From contig ACYB01000008.1 in assembly GCA_000175855.1 (NCBI GenBank), positions 1 through 26,065 on the forward strand: a DNA stretch of 26,065 nt, in the 5' to 3' direction. This stretch comes from Raphidiopsis brookii D9 (GTDB lineage Bacteria; Cyanobacteriota; Cyanobacteriia; Cyanobacteriales; Nostocaceae). The notes beneath the pieces were generated by a model. It was not told the origin of the DNA. It saw only the letters and a list, made by a program, of their open reading frames with translations, and made no database searches. The number at the start of each line of letters is the position of its first letter. The first letter of the stretch is position 1. The position numbers and the translations under genes are program-made. This document shows positions 8,999-18,136 of this stretch, in pieces.

Positions 8999-9622
8999 CT
9001 AAACCTGCACTGTGGCGACGCCCATCATGGCTTCTGGCGTGAGCAGTGCAGCCAGTTCTACTTCGCTCATGCCTTCAGTACCGGCAGGGCGCAGGGGCAA
9101 AACCCACCAGCGAATCTGAGCGCTACTATCCCACACCCGCACTTCGACGGAGTCATCAAGCTCGACGCCAAACTCTGACAGTACTTTACGCGGTTCCCGG
9201 ACAACACGGGCACGAAAAGTCGGGTCTTTGAACCAGTAGGGCGGCAGTCCTAAGGTGGGCCAGGGATAGCAAGAACACAAGGTACACACAATGATGTTAT
9301 GGACTTTAGGTGTGTTCTCGACAATACGCATGTGCTCGCCTTCGGCCCCTGACATACCCTGAGGAAAGTCCATTTCTTCGCAGGCAGCATTACAATCTGC
9401 CAGCAAGCGTGCCTTAAATTCAGGGTCAACCCACGCTCGGGCAACTAGTTTTGCCCCATTAAACGGTCCCATTTGCGTTTCAAAATAGCTGAGGATATTA
9501 TCAACAGTGTCGCCTGTGATGATCCCCTTTTCAATCAACAATGACTCCAGCGCTTTGACCTTCGCGGTACTAACGGCTTCGCGATTCGCTGCGTACTTAA
9601 ATCCAGAATAGTTACTAGGCAT
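8999..9622 (-). CDS. nthA: Nitrile hydratase alpha subunit, cobalt type
   Basis: Metal-centre motif VCTLCSCYPWPTLGLPPYWFKD followed by FRARVVREPRKVLSEFGVELDDSVEVRVWDSSAQIRWWVLPLRPAGTEGMSEVELAALLT; typical alpha subunit. Confidence 0.93.
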   Translation of the reverse strand: MPSNYSGFKYAANREAVSTAKVKALESLLIEKGIITGDTVDNILSYFETQMGPFNGAKLVARAWVDPEFKARLLADCNAACEEMDFPQGMSGAEGEHMRIVENTPKVHNIIVCTLCSCYPWPTLGLPPYWFKDPTFRARVVREPRKVLSEFGVELDDSVEVRVWDSSAQIRWWVLPLRPAGTEGMSEVELAALLTPEAMMGVATVQV

Positions 9623-9634
9623 AGAGATCTCCCC

Positions 9635-10213
9635 TTACGCGGCTTCGATATACACTTCAAAAATGTCGTTGTAGTAGAATGAATTGGGCTCAGTCAACGA
9701 TTCTGGCCAAATATCCTCATTCTTGAAGGCGAGACTATACACAGGCATGGGTGTGCCAATCCCGTCTTCCGTGGGAAAGAAATAGGTAAACGCTCCTTCG
9801 TACACTCGCACCACTTCCGCCACATACCCCTTCAGATGCCCAGGCAACCGGCTATGGTCAGCTGGTGAGACATTTTTGATGCGAACCCGATCTCCCACAC
9901 TAAATTTTGGTGGGGTGGGAAGCTCTCGCATCGGTGAGTCCCCTTCTCGCAAATACTTCAAGACTTGGGCGTCGATTTCGGGAGCATCTCTAACTGGTAA
10001 GGGTGCCGCCGCTTTTTCGCTGTTCTCTAGCATTTCAGCCGTGCGAGCGTCCAGTTCTTCCTGGGTGATGTACCCCTCGGAAATAAAGAAACTGGAAATC
10101 CCCCCTAACCATTTTTCGTAGTAGCGCAAACGGAAGTAGTCAAAGGGGTGCATGCCTTCAGCTCCCATGCGCAGATGTCCCCAGGTCCAAAAGCTCTTAA
10201 AGGTGGTGGGCAC
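9635..10213 (-). CDS. nthB: Nitrile hydratase beta subunit, probably N-terminally truncated
   Basis: TFKSFWTWGHLRMGAEGMHPFDYFRLRYYEKWLGG and FSVGDRVRIKNVSPADHSRLPGHLKGYVAEVVRVYEG..TPMPVYSLAFKNEDIWPE. The expected beta N-terminus (around H-x-LGG-x-x-G-x-GPV) is not found upstream. Confidence 0.88.
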   Translation of the reverse strand: MPTTFKSFWTWGHLRMGAEGMHPFDYFRLRYYEKWLGGISSFFISEGYITQEELDARTAEMLENSEKAAAPLPVRDAPEIDAQVLKYLREGDSPMRELPTPPKFSVGDRVRIKNVSPADHSRLPGHLKGYVAEVVRVYEGAFTYFFPTEDGIGTPMPVYSLAFKNEDIWPESLTEPNSFYYNDIFEVYIEAA

Positions 10214-11034
10214 GTCCTCGATTGCATAGTACGGTTGGCGTTGTCCATGTCGAGAATACCTTTCATACGGAAAAGATCAGGCCCACGGGCCTGCACCAAT
10301 CGATAGAGCCAGCGATTAAATTGTTCGCCGTTGACGACTCCTGCTTCCTGAATCGAAATCGAGGTCACGGTTTCGTCGTGGTCATGGGCAGCTTCGTTGA
10401 GAAACTCTGGATCAATAGTGAGGGCATTCTTTAGATCGAAGGCACTCAACCCCAATACCTTATCCAGTGAGATTTGACAGTGTTGTGTCCGGTGGATTTT
10501 GGTGAGCCCATTCATAATCCGAATGCGCTGCTCTAGCTCTTCTAGAATAGGTGGTGACACCAGATCGACTTTATTCAGCAAAATCACATCAGCGAAAGCA
10601 ATTTGTTCTTGGGCTTCGCTACTGTCCCAATGCTCCCAGATGTATTTGGCATCGACGACGGTGACAATGGCATCTAGCAATAGGCGAGATTGCATCACCT
10701 CATCCACCAAAAACGACTGAATGACGGGAGCTGGATCGGCTAACCCCGTCGTTTCAATTATCAGGTAGTCAAAATCTTTAGAGCGCTCCATCAAATTGCT
10801 GACAATGCGGATTAGGTCACTCCGCACTGTGCAACAGATACAGCCATTGTTCATCTCAAAGATTTCTTCATCAGCATCAATCACCAATTGATTATCAATG
10901 CCAACCTCTCCAAACTCGTTCACAATAACGGCGATGCGCTTACCGTGCTGAGCTGTCAAAATATGGTTGAGCAGCGTGGTCTTACCAGCCCCTAAATACC
11001 CGGTTAAAACAGTAGTCGAAATTAGACTTTGCAA
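10105..11034 (-). CDS. CobW/P47K-family GTPase (putative metallochaperone for nitrile hydratase); native C-terminus apparently lost after about 10240
   Basis: GYLGAGKTTLLNHIL Walker A, NNGCICCTVRSDL metal motif, VILLNKVDLV. Reading is family-typical to MKGILDMDNANR, then the last ~45 codons overlap the nthB reading frame out of frame. Confidence 0.85.
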   Translation of the reverse strand: MQSLISTTVLTGYLGAGKTTLLNHILTAQHGKRIAVIVNEFGEVGIDNQLVIDADEEIFEMNNGCICCTVRSDLIRIVSNLMERSKDFDYLIIETTGLADPAPVIQSFLVDEVMQSRLLLDAIVTVVDAKYIWEHWDSSEAQEQIAFADVILLNKVDLVSPPILEELEQRIRIMNGLTKIHRTQHCQISLDKVLGLSAFDLKNALTIDPEFLNEAAHDHDETVTSISIQEAGVVNGEQFNRWLYRLVQARGPDLFRMKGILDMDNANRTMQSRTCPPPLRAFGPGDICAWELKACTPLTTSVCATTKNG

Positions 11035-11335
11035 AGATTGTAGCCTCCATAAGACACCTGTCCAGCTCTAAATCTCTATACTTTCTGGTAAATGTCATAA
11101 CTCTCCCATCCTAGACTAATTTTAGTAAATTTGTGTAGCTTATACTACTATTTATACTGAATTTTATAACTTTAAATTTATCTTTTTGAATAATGTGTAT
11201 AAAAATTAACTTGTCTGGTTTCTTCCAGGAAGTGGAATTAATGGAAATCCGTCTCTAAACAATGGTTTAAGGGAAGACGCTTTTGATCTATAACCGCTAG
11301 CAGTCTAAATGCGATCGCGCTTACCAAGTTTATAA

Positions 11336-12616
11336 TCAAACCTTTGTTTGCCAAAGATCATGCAAATTATCCCACTGTTTTCTGTGGGGCCAAATTGCCA
11401 TGGTTGCTAATACTACTATAATTGTAGCCATACCCCCACCAACTACAGAAACAATGGGTCCAAATAAAGCTGCTGCTAACCCAGACTCAAATCCTCCCAA
11501 TTCATTGGATGCACTGATAAACACTGTATTTACTGCTGCTACTCGACCTCTTAAGTGATCTGGGGTCTTAATTTGAACTAAAGTATGGCGAATTACTACA
11601 CTAATACTATCTAAGGCACCACTTAATGCTAACATTACCAAAGATAACCAAACAGAGCGGGATAACCCAAAAATAATAGTTACCACCCCAAATCCAAATA
11701 CTGACCACAGTAGGGTAGTCCATGCTTTGCGGATGGGTGGAAGGTATACTAGCAATGCGGCCATGATTAATGCTCCTATGGATGGTGCAGCTTGTAAGTA
11801 TCCCAGATCCACTGCACCTACTTTCAAAATATCTTTGGCATAGACTGGTAATAGTGCTACTGCACCACCAAATAAAACTGCAAATAAATCTAGGCTGATT
11901 GCTGCAAGAATGATTTGATTATTCCAAATAAATTCTGCTCCAGCAGATAGGGATTTTAGGGATATTGGCTCCTTTACCAGAGTCTCCTGGGACGGTTTAA
12001 TTGTGGCTACACAAATGAAAAATAATAAGTTGGCGATCGCCGCTAATATATAAACATGAGAGGATTTGCCAAACAAAGCAATGGCAAACCCTCCCAGTGT
12101 TGGTCCAATCACTGATGCTGATTGAAAGCTAGCACTGACCCAGGTTGCCGCATTTGCAAATACATTAGTTGGTATTAATTGCCACATCATAGCATCACTG
12201 GCAGGTTTCAAGAATGCCCTAGCCAGACCCATAAGAAGCAGACAGGCATAAATTAAAACAATTTTTCCCTCAGTGTAAGAAATTACTGCTAATCCTACGG
12301 AACAAACTGTCAATAGAAAAATTGAGAGCAAAGTGGTGCGTTGACGATTGTATTTGTCAGCAACATGACCTGATATTAGTGTTAATAAGATTATTGGTAG
12401 GACTTGTGCTAGTCCTACCCCACCTAGAGCTATGGTGGAATTAGTACGCTCATATAGTTCCCAACCAATAGCTACGGACTGCATTTGTCCTCCTGTAAAC
12501 AACAGAAAGCGCCCAATCGTAAATAAACGATAATCTCTAAATCTTAAAGCAGCGAATGGATCGTGTGCTTTGCTTTGGTCTTCAGGTGGGTTTTGATTCT
12601 GTTGGTTTAAGGACAT
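11336..12616 (-). CDS. MFS transporter
   Basis: 426-aa polytopic protein with GQMQSVAIGWELYERTNS, GHVADKYNRQRTTLLS and DHLRGRVAAVNTVFISASNELGGFESG motifs of the EntS-like MFS group. Confidence 0.9.
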   Translation of the reverse strand: MSLNQQNQNPPEDQSKAHDPFAALRFRDYRLFTIGRFLLFTGGQMQSVAIGWELYERTNSTIALGGVGLAQVLPIILLTLISGHVADKYNRQRTTLLSIFLLTVCSVGLAVISYTEGKIVLIYACLLLMGLARAFLKPASDAMMWQLIPTNVFANAATWVSASFQSASVIGPTLGGFAIALFGKSSHVYILAAIANLLFFICVATIKPSQETLVKEPISLKSLSAGAEFIWNNQIILAAISLDLFAVLFGGAVALLPVYAKDILKVGAVDLGYLQAAPSIGALIMAALLVYLPPIRKAWTTLLWSVFGFGVVTIIFGLSRSVWLSLVMLALSGALDSISVVIRHTLVQIKTPDHLRGRVAAVNTVFISASNELGGFESGLAAALFGPIVSVVGGGMATIIVVLATMAIWPHRKQWDNLHDLWQTKV

Positions 12617-12632
12617 TTTTCAATTTTGTTGG

Positions 12633-12857
12633 TTATTCCTTGCCAAATAACCCGCCTAAATTAAGGTTTCCTAGCTGTTGCTCAACCAGGTTTACTACAT
12701 CCCCAACCGAACCACCCGTCAAGAAATTATCGACCTGAGTAGCAATAGGAGCGGGTAACTTCTCTTTCATAAAGGATATGACAATAGTTACAACTTGCCG
12801 TGCCTGCTCTTCTGAAATACCTGTTTTAGCTGTGATCAGATTAATAAGTTCATCCAT
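12633..12857 (-). CDS. Small conserved helical protein of unknown function
   Basis: 74-aa ORF MDELINLITAKTGISEEQARQVVTIVISFMKEKLPAPIATQVDNFLTGG.., same strand as the MFS gene. Confidence 0.6.
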   Translation of the reverse strand: MDELINLITAKTGISEEQARQVVTIVISFMKEKLPAPIATQVDNFLTGGSVGDVVNLVEQQLGNLNLGGLFGKE

Positions 12858-12997
12858 GATTGTTTGATTAAGTGAGAATAGTTACTTAGAACATTACCAG
12901 ATAGAATACTCATTTTCAATAGTTGACAGCTAATAGTTTTGGTTAAAAGGGTGGGGAGGAGACTAAATGTATAAACTCCCTCCCATAAGTTTAAACT

Positions 12998-14297
12998 CTA
13001 CAAATTACTGAGTACCTCTTTCACCACTTCCAAAGTGTGATTTATATCTTCTTCTGTATGAGCTAGGGAAGTAAAACCAGCTTCAAATTGGGAAGGAGCT
13101 AGATAAATACCACGTTCCAACATGGCCCGATAAAACCTACCAAATTTGACTGTGTCTGATTTTTTTGGCATCCTCATAATTATGCACGGGACCTGATGTG
13201 AAAAATAGACCAAACATAGCGCTGATACTACCACCACACACACTGTGTCCCGCTTCCTTGGCAATTGTTAGCATCCCATTAACCAATTTCTGGGTGATTC
13301 TCTCTAAATAATCGTAGGTTCCTGGTTTCTGTAATAGTTCTAATGTTTTAATTCCAGCAGTCATGGCCAGGGGATTTCCAGACAGGGTTCCTGCTTGATA
13401 TACTGGACCTGCTGGAGCAATCATGGACATGATTTCTCGACGACCTCCATAAGCTCCTACGGGTAATCCCCCACCTATCACTTTCCCTAGGGTGGTTAAA
13501 TCAGGGGTAATGCCAAATTTTGCTTGGGCCCCACCATAAGCAATTCGGAACCCGGTCATTACTTCGTCAAATACTAGTAATGCTCCGTTTTCTTGAGTAA
13601 TTTCTCTTAACCCTTCTAAAAACCCCGCGTCGGGAGCAATAAATCCAGCATTCCCTACTACTGGTTCTAAAATTACCCCAGCTATTTCTCCTGGGTTTTG
13701 TTGAAATAGTGCTTTTACCGCTTCTAAATCATTAAAAGGGGCTGTTAATGTACCTTTAGTGGCAGATTTTGGCACTCCCGGTGAATCTGGTAACCCTAGG
13801 GTAGCTACTCCTGAACCTGCTTTGACTAAAAACATGTCCGCGTGCCCATGGTAACAACCTTCAAACTTGATAATTTTTTCCCTATTGGTGTAAGCTCGCA
13901 TTAGTCTCAGCACTGCCATACAAGCTTCTGTACCAGAATTAACGAATCTTACCATTTCAATACTGGGGACAGCATCAATTACCATTTCTGCTAGGATATT
14001 TTCTAGCACACAGGGAGCGCCAAAACTTGTACCTTTTTCTAGAGCTTGGTGTAGGGCACTAATTACTTCTGGATTGGCGTGTCCACAAATAGCCGGACCC
14101 CATGTGCCTACATAGTCAATGTATTTGTTACCATCCACATCCCAAATATGGGCACCTTTAACCTTATCAAATACTATTGGTTGTCCACCAACTGATTTAA
14201 AGGCGCGTACGGGTGAGCTAACTCCTCCTGGCATTAAATTTTGAGCTGCTGCAAAGATTTCTTGGGATTTTGTAGTTTGAATAGTAGTGTCTACCAA
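12998..14297 (-). CDS. hemL: Glutamate-1-semialdehyde 2,1-aminomutase; 1-nt frameshift at 13160-13166
   Basis: ORF 13137-14297 has full family sequence ([33 protein letters not shown]..). The C-term [14 protein letters not shown] becomes ..[56 protein letters not shown] (ORF 12998-13264) when the T7 run (13160-13166) is read as T6. Confidence 0.95.
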
Positions 14298-14431
14298 GGT
14301 GATCTCCTAATAAGTGGTGATTAATTTCAGTTTCTATGAAAGAATAGAATAAACTCACCCTATTGTTTTACCCCATATTTTGATATGGTTTGATTATTGA
14401 GATGATTCTTAAATAAAGTCCCTCGCACATT

Positions 14432-15091
14432 ATGCTATCCCCCCAATCTCTATCTTTAGAATCCTCTATCCCGGTGGAAAAAATCCGCTACGACCAACAT
14501 GGTCTTGTACCAGCAATCATCCAAGACTATCTTGATGGTACTGTGTTAATGATGGCTTGGATGAACCAAGAATCGTTACAACGAACTTTAACTACCGGAG
14601 AAACCTGGTTTTGGAGTCGTTCCCGTCAGGAATTTTGGCACAAGGGAGCTACTTCCGGTCATATTCAAAAGGTAAAAACTGCTCGCTATGATTGTGATAG
14701 TGATGCTCTACTATTTAGTGTAGAACAGATCGGTGATATCGCTTGTCACACAGGAGAACGTAGTTGTTTTCATCAGTTGGATAACCAGGTTGGCAAAATT
14801 ATTCCCCCTCCCCCAGATTCCCTATCCCAGCTTTTTCAGGTGATATGCGATCGCCGGGATTATCCTGCTGAAGGTTCTTACACCTGTAAGTTATTAGCAG
14901 GGGGGGATAATAAAATCTTAAAGAAGATAGGTGAAGAAAGTGCGGAGGTAGTCATGGCTTTTAAAGATGATGACCCAGATGCGATCGCGGGTGAAGTGGC
15001 GGACTTGTTTTATCATACTCTTGTGGCTTTGGCCCATCACCAAGTAGATTTAAGATCGGTTTATCGCAAGCTAGAAGAGCGGAGGAAGTAG
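14432..15091 (+). CDS. hisIE: Bifunctional phosphoribosyl-AMP cyclohydrolase / phosphoribosyl-ATP pyrophosphatase
   Basis: [47 protein letters not shown] and [34 protein letters not shown]. Confidence 0.95.
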   Translation: MLSPQSLSLESSIPVEKIRYDQHGLVPAIIQDYLDGTVLMMAWMNQESLQRTLTTGETWFWSRSRQEFWHKGATSGHIQKVKTARYDCDSDALLFSVEQIGDIACHTGERSCFHQLDNQVGKIIPPPPDSLSQLFQVICDRRDYPAEGSYTCKLLAGGDNKILKKIGEESAEVVMAFKDDDPDAIAGEVADLFYHTLVALAHHQVDLRSVYRKLEERRK

Positions 15092-15106
15092 GGGAGAAAA
15101 TTTCCA

Positions 15107-16060
15107 ATGAATCAAAAACGAATTTTAATCACGGGTGCCAGTGGTTGTATCGGTCACTACATTAGTGAAACACTAATAGAAAACACCAATCATCAACTTT
15201 ATTTACTGGTAAGAAATCCTAGCAAATTGCAAGTTAATACTGATATGCGTCCTGGCGTGACCATATTACAAGGCGACATGGGGGAAATTAGTAGTTTGGG
15301 GAATTTGCTTAAAACTATTGACACAGCGGTTTTAACAGCTACTTCCTGGGGGGGAAATAATATCTTTGATATTAATGTCAATAAAACCATACAACTAATG
15401 AATCTATTAAATCCTGACAGGTGTGAACAGGTAATTTATTTTTCCACTGCTAGTGTTTTAAATCATCAAAATCAACCCTTAAAAGAAGCTGGAGAAATTG
15501 GCACCGACTATATTAGCTCCAAATACAAGTGTTTGCATAAAATTGAGGATTTAGAGATTTTCCCCAAAATCACCACAGTATTCCCCACCCTAGTCCTGGG
15601 AGGAGATGAAAACAAACCCTATTCTCACCTGACCTCCGGTATTCATGAAGTAACAAAATATCTGGATATAATTCGGTTTTTAAAAACCGATGGTAGTTTT
15701 CACTTTATCCACGGTAAAGACATTGCCAAGGTCGTAGAACATTTGATTGATCACCCACCAAAAAAAGGAGACCCCAGAAGACTGGTTTTAGGTCAAGCAC
15801 CACTAACAGTAAATCAAGCTATAGAAGAGGTGTGTGAATACCTAAACAAAAAGATTTACTTTCGCATTCCCCTTTCCCTAGCTTTAGCAGATGTAATTAT
15901 CAAAGTCTTTAGAATTCAAATGGCCACCTGGGACAGATTCTGCATGAAATATAGACATTTTACCTATAACAATCCCATTAACCCAGCAATTTTTGACTTA
16001 CCCAACTATTGTCCCACCATGACCGATGTTCTCAAAACCAGCGGAATCAGCAAAGGTTGA
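15107..16060 (+). CDS. NAD-dependent epimerase/dehydratase family (SDR) protein
   Basis: ILITGASGCIGHYISETL Rossmann motif, YFSTASVL, YISSKYKCLHKIEDL (YxxxK). Confidence 0.88.
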   Translation: MNQKRILITGASGCIGHYISETLIENTNHQLYLLVRNPSKLQVNTDMRPGVTILQGDMGEISSLGNLLKTIDTAVLTATSWGGNNIFDINVNKTIQLMNLLNPDRCEQVIYFSTASVLNHQNQPLKEAGEIGTDYISSKYKCLHKIEDLEIFPKITTVFPTLVLGGDENKPYSHLTSGIHEVTKYLDIIRFLKTDGSFHFIHGKDIAKVVEHLIDHPPKKGDPRRLVLGQAPLTVNQAIEEVCEYLNKKIYFRIPLSLALADVIIKVFRIQMATWDRFCMKYRHFTYNNPINPAIFDLPNYCPTMTDVLKTSGISKG

Positions 16061-16156
16061 GGAATGTTGAGTTTTATAAAGATATAAGAGAGAACGGTAA
16101 GCTGGGGATGATAAGCTAAACATGAAATATAAAAGTGACTTAGGATGAAGTGTTAA

Positions 16157-17208
16157 ATGGGTGTTTCCTCAACGGTTCCTCTCCTGCTCAGAGCTGCACG
16201 GGGTGAAAAGGTAGATCGTCCCCCGTGTGGATGATGCGTCAAGCGGGACGTTACATGAAAGCTTATAGAGATCTGCGGGAGAAATATCCTTCCTTTCGGG
16301 AACGCTCAGAAATTCCTGAGGTGGCCATTGAGGTCTCCCTCCAACCCTGGAGAGCTTTCCAACCCGACGGAGTAATTTTATTTTCCGATATTGTCACTCC
16401 CTTACCTGGAATGGGTATTGACATGGATATTGCGGAAGGAAAAGGGCCAATTATTTTTTCGCCTATTCGCACTCAAAAACAAGTTGATGGGTTACACCCA
16501 CTAGATCCAGAAACCGCTTTACCTTTTATTCGTCAGATTTTAGGAGCGTTACGTCAGGAAGTAGGTAGTGCATCGACCGTACTAGGCTTTGTTGGCGCAC
16601 CCTGGACTTTAGCAGCTTATGCAGTGGAAGGAAAAGGCTCTAAAACCTATTCTATAATTAAGAATATGGCTTTCTCAGATTCTAATATTCTCCATCAGTT
16701 ATTAGACAAGTTGGCAGAATCTATAGCCGTATATATCCGCTACCAAATAGATTGTGGCGCCCAAGTAGTACAAATGTTCGATTCCTGGGCAGGGCAATTA
16801 AGTCCCCAAGATTATGATATCTTTGCCTTACCCTACCAGAAAAAGGTGTTTGAGTTAGTGAAAAGAACCCATCCACAAACACCCCTAATTTTGTTAGTTA
16901 CGGGTAGCGCGGGACTGTTGGAAAGAATGGCCACCTCTGGTGCGGATATTCTCACCATTGACTGGACTGTGGATATGGCAGATGCACGTAGAAGATTAGG
17001 TAATAACGTTAAGGTCCAGGGAAATTTAGATCCAGGGGTGTTATTTGGGTCAAAGCAGTTTATCCGCGAGAGAATTTTAGATACAGTTCGCAAAGCTGGC
17101 AATTGGGGACACATACTTAATTTGGGACACGGAGTGTTACCAGAAACACCAGAAGAGAATGTGGCTTTTTTCTTTGAGACTGCCAAAAACCTTCATGTTT
17201 CGGTGTAG
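16157..17208 (+). CDS. hemE: Uroporphyrinogen decarboxylase; 1-nt frameshift near 16220-16224
   Basis: Upstream ATG at 16157 gives [21 protein letters not shown]; ORF 16225-17208 continues [25 protein letters not shown]..; adding one C to the C5 run (16220-16224) restores ..[16 protein letters not shown]. Confidence 0.95.
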
Positions 17209-17225
17209 TTTCCATTTTGGTTGGC

Positions 17226-17256
17226 AATTTAGGGGGAGGGAATATCTCCCCAAATT
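17226..17256. terminator. Candidate terminator hairpin between convergent hemE and glycosyltransferase genes
   Basis: AATTTAGGGGGAG-ggaatat-CTCCCCAAATT: 11-bp stem with a 2-nt bulge, in a convergent intergenic gap. No clear U-tract. Confidence 0.4.
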
Positions 17257-17276
17257 ACATCCAAACGTTCCTGAGC

Positions 17277-17939
17277 TTATATAGAACGCAGCATGTTATT
17301 AGTAAACTCTTTAGTTATACTAACTTCAGCTCTGGTGTAAATATAGGTTTCCGGTTGGGAGAGTTTGTGGGTTCTAACCAGCTTCTCTGCTCTGTCCCAA
17401 AAGTCTGTATCTTCACCATAGGGAAGATTATTAAACCCCTGTAAATCAAAAAATACTTTGCGTTTGCCAAAAAATGTCGGACCCAAAATACAATCTCGCA
17501 GGTTAATGATTTTCCCAGGTTGGAAAAAATCCGCTACAAATATATCCTCGTCACAAACAAATCCACCTGCAATCAAATCCACCTCCGGATTGCTTTCCAT
17601 ATACTTTAAGCGTGTGGTCAGGTGATTTGGTAGGTAAGTATCATCACTATCAATAAATGTGATATACTTTCCGAAGCAAGCCTGGATCCCAACGTTTTTG
17701 GCATAGGGTGATTTGCGATTTTGATGTTTTAGATAACGTATATTGCCATATTTTAATAGATATTCATTGATTATGGTAAAAGTTTCATCCTCACTACCAT
17801 CATCAACAACTAAAAGTTCCCAATTGTGATGTGTTTGATTTATTACACTTTCAACACAATTCACCAAATATTTGGCGCGGTTAAATGTACATAGAATAAT
17901 GCTGATTTCTGGTTTGAGATCAAATTTGATGGGACTCAT
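17277..17939 (-). CDS. Family 2 glycosyltransferase
   Basis: ISIILCTFNRAKYLVNCVESVINQTHHNWELLVVDDGSEDET..YITFIDSDD. Confidence 0.9.
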   Translation of the reverse strand: MSPIKFDLKPEISIILCTFNRAKYLVNCVESVINQTHHNWELLVVDDGSEDETFTIINEYLLKYGNIRYLKHQNRKSPYAKNVGIQACFGKYITFIDSDDTYLPNHLTTRLKYMESNPEVDLIAGGFVCDEDIFVADFFQPGKIINLRDCILGPTFFGKRKVFFDLQGFNNLPYGEDTDFWDRAEKLVRTHKLSQPETYIYTRAEVSITKEFTNNMLRSI

Positions 17940-18136
17940 AGTTCTGGTGAATGGTTGAAACTGGGGATAGGCGATCGCTCAAGACTTCCTGTATACTCAA
18001 ATTTGGTATATTAGGTAGTGGTTGACAAATAGTGGAGTTTTCTCAAAGAATACCACTTAAATTGCCATCGAGTCAATATAATGAGACTTTTCAACGAAAC
18101 TGTTGAACTGTAAACACTTCCTAAACCCGAAAAATT

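Noticed and set aside
10222-10434. Forward-strand ORFs at 10222-10434, 10499-10720 and 9876-10121
   Set aside because: They are antisense to clearly conserved CobW/NthB coding sequence and have no recognisable motifs.
10105-11034. Reading the 930-nt ORF as a complete CobW protein with a novel C-terminus (RTMQSRTCPPPLRAFGPGDICAWE..)
   Set aside because: The last ~45 codons are simply another frame of the well-recognised nthB coding sequence, so this tail is most likely an artefact of the junction, not a real domain.
11336-12616. MFS transporter as part of the nitrile hydratase operon
   Set aside because: It is on the same strand but upstream, separated by ~300 nt of AT-rich sequence, and resembles a generic EntS-like exporter. 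There is no sequence evidence for a functional link.
16833-17186. Antisense ORFs over hemE (16833-17186, 16263-16472) and aroC (20674-20895)
   Set aside because: They are shadow ORFs opposite strongly conserved housekeeping genes.
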